This document shows, one piece after another, positions 38,110 to 45,784 of a DNA stretch of 64,000 nt. Position 1 is the first letter of the stretch. Each line of letters starts with the position of its first letter. The position numbers and the translations under genes were made by a program. Below the pieces are notes generated by a model, which saw nothing but the letters and a program-made list of their open reading frames with translations, was not told where the DNA came from and searched no databases. The DNA comes from Acidobacteriota bacterium (GTDB lineage Bacteria; Acidobacteriota; Vicinamibacteria; Vicinamibacterales; 2-12-FULL-66-21), in NCBI GenBank assembly GCA_013813355.1, contig JACCRT010000004.1:175-64174 (forward strand). The letters run 5' to 3'.

Positions 38110-39299
38110 GGAACCCGATGGTGATGGCAACCGGCCTGTTGCTCGCCGAGGCCCGTGAGATGGCCGAGGACCTGATCGCGCTGCGGCGCGTCATCCACAT
38201 GGACCCGGAGCTCGGGTTCGCGGAGCACCGGACGGCCGCGCTGGTGGCCGGCCGGCTGCGGTCACTCGGCGCGCGGGTGCGGACCGGGGTGGGGCGCACC
38301 GGACTCCTCGCCGAGCTGGGCGACGGGGATCCGGTGGTGGCCATACGCGCCGACATGGACGCCCTGCCGATTGAGGAGGCTACCGACCTGCCGTTCGCGT
38401 CGCGGACACGGGGCACGATGCACGCGTGCGGCCACGATGCTCACGTCGCCTGCGCGGTCGGCGCCGCCATGCTGCTGGCGCGCCGCCCGCTGCGCGGGAC
38501 GGCGAGGCTCCTGTTCCAGCCCTCGGAAGAACAGAAGGACTCGGAAGGCTGGAGCGGCGCCATGCGGATGATCGAGGACGGCGCGCTGGACAACGTTCGG
38601 GCCGCCGTCGCCCTCCACACGCGGGGCCTGGCGGTCGGACAGATTGGCGTCGTCGACGGTCCCGCGCTCGCCGGCAACGACACCATTCGCCTCACGATTC
38701 GTGGCCGGGCGTCGCACGCGGCCCACCCGGAGGACGGGTTGGACGCCATCGTGATTGCCGCGCAGGTCGTCCAGGCCGTGCAGCAGATCGTCGCGCGGCG
38801 CACCCGGGCTGGAGTTCCGGCCGTCGTGAGCCTCACGACGATCCACGGCGGTGTGAAAGAGAACGTACTCGCTGAGCACGTCGAGATCGGCGGGACCATT
38901 CGTCATGCCGGCCCGGACGAACGGACACGGCTGATTGCAGAGATCGAACGCACGCTCGACGTGGGACGCGCGCTGGGCGGCCGCTGCTCGCTGGACGTCT
39001 TCGAAGGGTATCCCGTGACACGCAACGACCCGGCCGTGACGTCGGCGATCAGGAGCGTCGGCCGGGAGCTGCTCGGCGCCGGAAACGTCGTGGAGGTGCC
39101 GTTCGACACGTGGGCGGAAGACTTCGGGTACATCGCAGCCCGGATCCCGGCTGCGATGTTCTTTCTCGGGGTAACGAGCGACCGGGTGCCGAATCCCGTG
39201 TGGCACAGCCCGGCGTTCAAGCTGGACGAAGGGGCGTTGGCCGTTGGCGCGTGCATGCTCGCCGGCGCCACGCTCCGGCTGATGGAGGAAATAAGATGA
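38106..39299 (+). CDS. M20-family amidohydrolase (N-acyl-amino-acid/hippurate-hydrolase-like)
   Basis: ATGA overlap. IHMDPELGFAEHRT, ALRADMDALP and MHACGHDAH metal-ligand motifs. Confidence 0.85.
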   Translation: MRNPMVMATGLLLAEAREMAEDLIALRRVIHMDPELGFAEHRTAALVAGRLRSLGARVRTGVGRTGLLAELGDGDPVVAIRADMDALPIEEATDLPFASRTRGTMHACGHDAHVACAVGAAMLLARRPLRGTARLLFQPSEEQKDSEGWSGAMRMIEDGALDNVRAAVALHTRGLAVGQIGVVDGPALAGNDTIRLTIRGRASHAAHPEDGLDAIVIAAQVVQAVQQIVARRTRAGVPAVVSLTTIHGGVKENVLAEHVEIGGTIRHAGPDERTRLIAEIERTLDVGRALGGRCSLDVFEGYPVTRNDPAVTSAIRSVGRELLGAGNVVEVPFDTWAEDFGYIAARIPAAMFFLGVTSDRVPNPVWHSPAFKLDEGALAVGACMLAGATLRLMEEIR

Positions 39300-40516
39300 A
39301 CGCAGATCGGCTCGCGGTGCTCGGCGGTACGCCGGCTGTCACGTCTCCAGCGCCGCGCTGGCCCGACTTCGACGAGCGGGACCGACGCGCGCTGATCGAT
39401 GTGCTCGAGAGCGGCGTCTGGGGCGGCTATCACGAGGCCGTCGGGGAGCTGGAGGGCCGACTCGCGGCGGCACACGAAGCCCGCTACGGCATCGCGACCT
39501 CGAATGGCACGGTTTCCCTGGAGATCGCCCTGACAGCGGCGGGCGTCGGACCGGGCGATGAGGTCATCGTGCCGCCCGTCAGCTTCGTGGCCTCCGCCAC
39601 CGCGATCGCCCGTATCGGGGCCGTCCCGGTGTTTGCCGACGTCGAGCCTGAGACGATCACCCTCGATCCCGCCCGCGCGACCGCGGCGCTGACACCGCGT
39701 ACCCGCGCCATCATGCTGGTCCACTTCGCCGGCTGCCCGGCCGATCTCGATCGGTTCGTGCCGCTTTGCACCGAACACAACCTGGCGCTCATCGAGGACT
39801 GCGCGCATGCGCCCGGCGCGTCCTGGCGGGGCCGGCCCGTCGGGAGCTTCGGCGCATTTGGCTCGTTCAGCTTCCAGGCCTCCAAGAACCTCACGGCCGG
39901 AGAGGGCGGGATGCTCGTGACAAACGACCCGGACTTGGCCGAAAGCGCGAGGTCGATCATGAACCAGGGGCGCCGCAGCGGTGGCGCGTGGTACGAGCAC
40001 GTCAGGCTTGGCACGAACGCGCGGCTCACCGGGTTCCAAGGCGCGCTGCTGCTGGTACAGCTCGACCGCCTCCCCGGGCAAAACCGGAAGCGCGCCGATG
40101 CTGCCGACCGCCTGCGATCGGCGCTTCGCGACCTGACAGGTTTCACACCCCACCCGCCGGTCGGGGATCCCCGCGTCACCGGGCACGCGTGGCACATCTT
40201 CTCGATGCGCTACGACGCATCCGCCTACCAAAACGTCCCGCGCGAGCGCGCGATCGACGCGCTGGCCACTGAAGGAGTACCCGTGAGCGCGGGCTACCCT
40301 CATCCGCTCTACCGCAATCCGCTCTTCGCGGATCACCCGCACAGGGTGGAACCGTGCCCCGTTGCGGAAGCGTATTGTCGCGAGGCCATCTGGCTCCCGC
40401 ACCATGCGCTGCTCGGGACGCCCCGCTGGATTGACGGGGTAGTCGGGGCCTTCCGGAAAGTGAGCGTGGGGATCGGGGCGCTGAGGGAAGTCCGGTCCGC
40501 GAGGGAGGGCACGTAG
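39296..40516 (+). CDS. DegT/DnrJ/EryC1/StrS-family PLP-dependent sugar aminotransferase
   Basis: ATGA overlap. TSNGTVSLEIAL, IEDCAHA and the lysine motif FSFQASKNLTAGEGG. Confidence 0.85.
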   Translation: MNADRLAVLGGTPAVTSPAPRWPDFDERDRRALIDVLESGVWGGYHEAVGELEGRLAAAHEARYGIATSNGTVSLEIALTAAGVGPGDEVIVPPVSFVASATAIARIGAVPVFADVEPETITLDPARATAALTPRTRAIMLVHFAGCPADLDRFVPLCTEHNLALIEDCAHAPGASWRGRPVGSFGAFGSFSFQASKNLTAGEGGMLVTNDPDLAESARSIMNQGRRSGGAWYEHVRLGTNARLTGFQGALLLVQLDRLPGQNRKRADAADRLRSALRDLTGFTPHPPVGDPRVTGHAWHIFSMRYDASAYQNVPRERAIDALATEGVPVSAGYPHPLYRNPLFADHPHRVEPCPVAEAYCREAIWLPHHALLGTPRWIDGVVGAFRKVSVGIGALREVRSAREGT

Positions 40517-40614
40517 CTTGCGCAGCAATGGACGAGAGCCTTCGCAGAAAGGCGGAGAGTCGGCGCGGCCAGATCCGGATGTGCCGGCCGAAAGCGGCGG
40601 AGACTGCTCGCACG

Positions 40615-40916
40615 ATGAAGACGTTATTCGTGGTCGAGCTCATTTATACAAGGCTCCGCTCGCAGAGATCGACGCGGCGAGGAGCGCGCACGTGCGATTC
40701 CTGAAGAAGTACTCCGCCTCGGGCGATTTCCTGGTGTCGCGGCGGAAGATCCCGCGGGATGGCGGAGTGATTCTCGCCCGCGGCGACAGCCGGGAGCGGA
40801 TCGAAGCGATCATCCGCGAGGACCCGTTCTGCGCGCGCGGACTGGCGGACTTCCGGATCATCCAGTTCCGCGCGAGCCACCGCGCCGACGACATCCAGGC
40901 GCGGATCGACGGATGA
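40615..40916 (+). pseudogene. YciI-family protein gene with an apparent 1-nt frameshift after codon 11
   Basis: ATG at 40615 encodes MKTLFVVELIY (the typical YciI beta-1). The rest of the domain (APLAEIDAARSAHVRFLKKYSASGDFLVSRR...DPFCARGLADFRIIQF) is in the -1 frame. The join near 40648-40650 is one nucleotide short. The alternative is a TTG start at 40518 with a low-complexity leader. Confidence 0.55.
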
Positions 40917-40963
40917 TCCGGGCTGTCCGGCCAGTGAGCATCAGTCACGACTATCATTCGATC

Positions 40964-41125
40964 TCACGGCAGATCCTGACGGCGTGTGTCGAGGATGGCC
41001 ACGAGGGCCCGCCGGGCGGCCGGCAGGCTGCCGAACTCGCGCAGCGCGGTGCGGCGGGCCTCCGCTTCCGGCATGCCGTGCTCCAGAAGCTCCTCGACGC
41101 GCTCCGGCACGGCATGGCGTACGTC
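40964..41125 (-). pseudogene. N-terminal remnant of a second ADOP-type permease
   Basis: DVRHAVPERVEELLEHGMPEAEARRTALREFGSLPAARRALVAILDT parallels the N-terminus of the 8588 permease (ELAFHVEMETQANIARGMAPADARRAALRDFGG). It stops before the first TM helix. Confidence 0.45.
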
Positions 41126-41128
41126 GAT

Positions 41129-41233
41129 CCCGGGATCGAGGCGTACGAGACGAGATATCGCCACCGTGTCGTGCAGCAGCTCAAACGACGCGCAACGAGC
41201 CTCGGCTACACGCTCGTAGAGCACGACGGGTAA
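41129..41233 (+). pseudogene. Unassigned 34-codon C-terminal fragment
   Basis: PGIEAYETRYRHRVVQQLKRRATSLGYTLVEHDG-stop. It is protein-like and abuts the IS3 remnant, so it may be IS-associated, but I cannot assign a family. Confidence 0.2.
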
Positions 41234-41249
41234 TGGCAGGAGTTTCTTA

Positions 41250-41718
41250 GGAAGGCGGCGGCCTTCGCGAAGGAGCGGCGGCGAGATTTCAGTTCATCGC
41301 TGTGGAGAAGGCGCACCACTCGCTCTGTTTGCTCTGCCGCTGTATGCGGGTGACCCGCAGCGGCTTCTATGCCTGGATGAAGCGGGCGCCCTCGGCCCGC
41401 GCGAAGCGCGATGCGAAGTTGCGCGGCTTGGTGCAGGCGTCGTTCGCGGCCAGCGAGGGTCGGTACGGGAGCCCGCGGATTCTGCGGACCTCAAGGCGCA
41501 GGCGGAAGCCCGTTCTCGACCATCAAAATGGAACTCGCCGATCGGTCACCCGCTTCGAGGAAGGGCAGCATCGGTTGTTCGAGTACCTTGAGGTGTTCTA
41601 CAACCAGCGCCGCCGGCAGCAGTCGCTCCTTCGACGGCCGACGAGCGCCTGCCGTCTCTCCTCCGAGGATCTGATTGCAAGGAGGTCGCACACCGGGATA
41701 GGGTTCAGCGTTCAGTAA
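41250..41718 (+). mobile_element. IS3-family transposase remnant (OrfA end / OrfB start, catalytic core deleted)
   Basis: KAAAFAKE...FIAVEKAHHSLCLLCRCMRVTRSGFYAWMKRAPSARAKRDAKLRGLVQASFAASEGRYGSPRIL is the IS3 OrfAB junction and OrfB N-terminus. The sequence then jumps to the OrfB C-terminal end (FEYLEVFYNQRRR). The DDE region is missing and I could not define inverted repeats. Confidence 0.7.
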
Positions 41719-41856
41719 CCTGTCCACGGAATCGGATCATGGCTAGCACGGCGCGATACGCCGTAACCACGCGAAGGGGGAGCGCCGGGTATAATCCCGC
41801 CAACCCTGCCCTGTCTCCCGGTATCCGGCTCGGCTCGTGCACCGTCATCGCCGCCC

Positions 41857-43835
41857 GTGGCAAAGGCGGGCTCGCGTCTGGGCGCCTATGAAGTGACCGG
41901 CGCCATTGGCGCAGGCGGGATGGGCGAAGTGTATCGCGCACGCGATACGCAGCTCAACCGCGACGTGGCGATCAAGGTGCTGCCCGAGCTCTTCGCGCTG
42001 GACCATGAGCGGGTCGCACGGTTCACGCGCGAAGCGCAGACGCTCGCCGCACTGAACCATCCCAACATCGCGCAGATCTACGGCCTCGCACATGGCGCGT
42101 CAGCGGGGAGCGCACAGGCGCTCGTGATGGAGCTCGTCGAGGGTGAGGATCTCTCCGATCTGATCGCACGCGGACCGATCCTGGTGGCGGACGTCCTGCC
42201 CATCGCGCGGCAAATCGCCGACGCGCTGGAAGCCGCCCACGAACTGGGGATCGTGCACCGCGATCTCAAACCCGCAAACGTCAAGGTGCGCCGCGACGGC
42301 ACCGTCAAGGTGCTCGACTTCGGTCTCGCCAAAGCGCTCGCGCCCGAAGGCGCGAGTGCGACGGCCGACGCGATGAGATCGCCCACGCTCACCGCACGCG
42401 CGACAGAGATGGGCATGATTCTCGGCACCGCCGCCTACATGGCGCCCGAGCAGGCGCGCGGCAAGGCCGTCGACCGCCGGGCCGACATCTGGGCCTTCGG
42501 CGTGGTGCTCTACGAGATGCTCACCGGCCGCGCGCGTTCGCGGGGGAGGAGGCCTCGGACGTGCTCGCCGCCGTGCTGCGCCAGGAGATCGACTGGAGCG
42601 CGTTGCCAACCGATGTCGCTCCGCCGTTGAGACGGCTCCTCGAGCGCTGTCTCGATCGCGACCCGAAACGGCGCCTGCGCGACATCGGCGAGGCCCGCGT
42701 CGCACTGTCAGAGGCCGAATCATCGGATCCGAGTGGGGTCAGAGCCCTCGCGTCCGCACCGAGACCTTCAGCCGCCCCCGTGCCGAACCGTGCACCGCGG
42801 CGCGGCTCTGGATCGGCATCGCCACCGGCTGTCTGCTGACCGGCCTCGTGCTCGGGGCGCTCGCGGGAGGCGGGAACAACGCTTCCGGTGTGGCGGCCGA
42901 TCGACCGGTCCGCACCATGATCATTCCGGCCGCCGGGCGAACGCTGGAGGACCGCCAGGCGCTTTCGCCGGATGGGAAACGGATCGCGTACACCGCCGGC
43001 GGCACCCTCTGGATTCGTAACCTCGCCGAATTCGAGCCGCGCGAGGTGAGGGGCTCCCAGGGCGCGCGGCGGCCCTTCTGGTCGCCAGCGAGCAACGCCG
43101 TCGCCTACGCCGCCGATGGCGCGCTCTTCAAGGTCTCGGCGGACGGCGGCACGCCAGTAGAGTTGTGCAAGATCACGGGCGGTGACTTTACGGGCGGCTC
43201 CTGGAGCGCGTCCCAGGGCCTCGTCTTCACCTCGTCCCGCGCCAACTGGAATGGTGACGTGATGCGGGTGTCCGAGGATGGCGGGATACCGGAGCGAGCG
43301 TCGCCTCGCCGACCCGCACTTCCTGCCCGATGGACAAGGCCTCCTCTACACGATGGTGACCATGGACTCCAACGAGGGTCAGATCGCCATCGAACGTGAC
43401 GGCGTGCGGAAGGTTCTCGGAATGGGCGACGCGTCGGTCGAACCGGCATGGTCCCCGACCGGACACGTCATCTTCACCCGTCAGACAGGAATCGACAGCG
43501 CCCTGTGGGCGCTTCCCTTCTCCCTCGCGTCGATGTCGTCAACCGGCAAGCCGTTTCGCATCGCGGCCGGCGGCGGCGGGGCGTCAGCGTCCATCGATGG
43601 TTCACTGGTCTACGGTCTGCGTCGTCCGGAATCGCAGGCGCTCGTCCGCGCCGATCGAACCGGACGCGTGCTCGGCGTCATTGCCGAGTCGCGGGCAGTG
43701 GTATCAGAGCCCAAGTTGTCTCCTGACGGACGCATGCTGCTGGCCGGCATGAACTTCGGAGGGATCTCGGTCTGGGAAACGGACCGCGGCGTTGAAACCC
43801 GGATAACCGCGACTGCGGTCGAGGCGGGTCACTTC
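41857..43835 (+). pseudogene. Ser/Thr protein kinase - TM - PD40/TolB-like beta-propeller gene with three frameshifts and a lost 3-prime end
   Basis: Hanks kinase motifs are present (GAGGMGEVYRARD, VAIKVL, HRDLKPANV, DFGLAK, APEQ). The reading frame changes at about 42531, 42803 and 43300, each in a CG-rich run. It includes a TM helix (LWIGIATGCLLTGLVLGAL) and PD40 repeats (LSPDGKRIAYT, FWSPASNAVAYA, WSPTGHVIF, LSPDGRMLLAG). Homology ends near 43.83 kb. Confidence 0.75.
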
Positions 43836-44759
43836 GCTTGGAGGGCCTCCACCAGACGCGGAGACCTTCCAGATGCCCGCTGTATTGGTCGGCGTGTAGT
43901 AGATCGAGCCGTCCGTGCTCCAGGTGCCGCCGCGCGGCTCAGGAACGTTGTCGGCAACGACCTGGACGGCGCCGCCGCCGACAGCCGCCTTGTTCAATTT
44001 GCCCTGAGCGAAGAATCCGATCCATCGCCCGTCCGGCGAGAAGAACGGGCTGCGCGCCCCTTCGGTGCCGACGAGCAACACCGGCTCCTTATCGGCAAGG
44101 TTCCGCAAAAAGAGCCGCCGCACGTCATCCCGCAATCCGACGTACGCCACTCGCGTGCCGTCGGGTGAGATATCCAGCGGCAGCAGATTCTTGTCGGTCA
44201 CCTCGTCGCCGTCGGGTAAGGTGAGGCTGACATGAAGGGGACCCGCAGCGGCCGGTAACACCGTGGCGGAGGGCGTCAGCAGATACATGACGCCCACGAA
44301 GTCCAGCACCTTCACCGTGCCGTCGGCCCGCACCTTCACGTTGGCGGGCTTCAAGTCACGATGGACGATCCCCTGCTCGTGCGCCGCTTCGAGCGCGTCG
44401 GCGATCTGCCGCGCGATGGGCACTGCGTCTGCCAGGAGCATCGGCCCGCGGGCGATCAGGAGGGACAGGTCGTCCCCCTCGACGAGCTCCATGATCAGCG
44501 AGCGAACCCCGCCGCTGTTCTCGAACCCGTGGATGTGCGCGATGTTCGGGTGATTGAGCGCCGCGAGTGTCTGGGCTTCCCGGGTGAAGCGGGCAAGGCG
44601 GTCCGGATCGGCCGCAAAGAGCTTCGGAAGCACCTTGATGGCCACGTCACGATTGAGTGTGGTGTCGTGGGCGCGGAACACCTCGCCCATACCACCAACG
44701 CCGATGGCGCCGACGATTTCGTACGAACCGGCCGGGCGTCGATCCGCTGCGAAGAACCT
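43820..44759 (-). pseudogene. Paralogous Ser/Thr kinase-PD40 gene lacking a start codon, with an in-frame internal deletion and a truncated 3-prime end
   Basis: A stop lies directly upstream of RFFAADRRPAGSYEIVGAIGVGGMGEVF, with no start codon. The kinase runs to VKVLDF, then jumps at about 44297 to GVMYLLTPSATVLP (end of the TM region). PD40 repeats follow (ISPDGTRVAYV, FFSPDGRWIGFF). It meets the convergent paralog tail-to-tail near 43.82 kb. Confidence 0.75.
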
Positions 44760-44870
44760 TCAACCACGGCAAGTAGCAGTACCACACGCCGCTCCTTAGC
44801 CAAGTTGACGGAACGCCCGTTCCCAGACCAGCGCCCCCCCGAGCCGCCCGAAGCACGAAGGGCGCTCTCG

Positions 44871-45299
44871 CTACGTGGCGGCGAGGGGGTGGCGCCACCG
44901 CAGGCCCGGGAAGCGGGCGAAGTCGCTGTCGGTCGTGACGAGTTCGCACCCATGCTCGATGGCCAGGGCCGCGATGTAGGCATCGGTCACCAGCGGGCCG
45001 TTGATGTCGCGACACAGACCGGTGAAGAGATCCCAGTGCCGGCGACTCGGCGTGATGAGCGAAGCGCGAGGCCAATCCACCAGGCGCTGGCAGAAGTCGA
45101 GGGCCGTGTCCATCGGCGTGGCCGGATCGAAGATGCGCGGATTGGTGACGATGCGCAGGAAGCCCGAGAGGACGACGTCCGACAGGGCGAACGGCTCATC
45201 CGAGGTCGTCAGCGCCTGCACCCACGCCGCGTAGCGCTCATGCTCGGGCGCATCCTCGCGGTGCGCATAGATGAGGACGTTCACATCGGGCAGCTGCAT
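44871..45299 (-). CDS. vapC: PIN-domain toxin (VapC family)
   Basis: MQLPDVNVLIYAHRED...VLSGFLRIVTNPRIF...LVTDAYIAALAIEHGCELVTTDSDFARF is the typical VapC pattern. Confidence 0.85.
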   Translation of the reverse strand: MQLPDVNVLIYAHREDAPEHERYAAWVQALTTSDEPFALSDVVLSGFLRIVTNPRIFDPATPMDTALDFCQRLVDWPRASLITPSRRHWDLFTGLCRDINGPLVTDAYIAALAIEHGCELVTTDSDFARFPGLRWRHPLAAT

Positions 45300-45302
45300 C
45301 AG

Positions 45303-45560
45303 CTACCTGCCGGACGCGAAGCGTTCGAGGTCGTCGGCTTCGAGCAGCGCAGACGTCTTGTCGATGTTGTGCCGCGAGAAGCGACCGCCCTTTCCGAACG
45401 TGACCAGCTCGAACGCCTGCGGAGCCGTCGGCGTGCGTGGGGTCCGCACAAACAGCCGCACGGCCTGTTCCACGAGCTTGCTGACGGAAGTACCCTGCTC
45501 GGCAGCGCGGCGCTTGAGCTGGGCGATCAGGCGTTCGTCCAAGCTGATCGTGGTGCGCAT
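45303..45560 (-). CDS. vapB: Ribbon-helix-helix VapB-type antitoxin
   Basis: MRTTISLDERLIAQLKRRAAEQGTSVSKLVEQAV is an RHH motif. It ends 3 nt before the vapC start. Confidence 0.8.
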   Translation of the reverse strand: MRTTISLDERLIAQLKRRAAEQGTSVSKLVEQAVRLFVRTPRTPTAPQAFELVTFGKGGRFSRHNIDKTSALLEADDLERFASGR

Positions 45561-45667
45561 GATGCGTGATCATACCATGGCTGCATCACTGCATCACCAC
45601 ACGGACGGGTCACCACGGGGACGAGCTGGACTGAGACACCGTTGAGAGACGACCGTTGGTTTCGGTC

Positions 45668-45748
45668 GGCGTGGACAGCGACGCACTCCAGCGCCCGAAG
45701 CGGTTCTTCGGCGCCGTGCGCAACATCGAAGGCGGCGGCTCGCTGACG
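45668..45748 (+). pseudogene. rho: 27-codon internal fragment of rho
   Basis: GVDSDALQRPKRFFGAVRNIEGGGSLT matches the Rho segment GVD.nAL.rPKRFFGAARN.EEGGSLT. Homology ends abruptly after SLT (then RRARFTWY). 45698-45748 is 44/51 nt identical to 12999-13049. Confidence 0.7.
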
Positions 45749-45784
45749 CGGAGAGCGCGCTTCACATGGTATCGTCGCCGTGAG

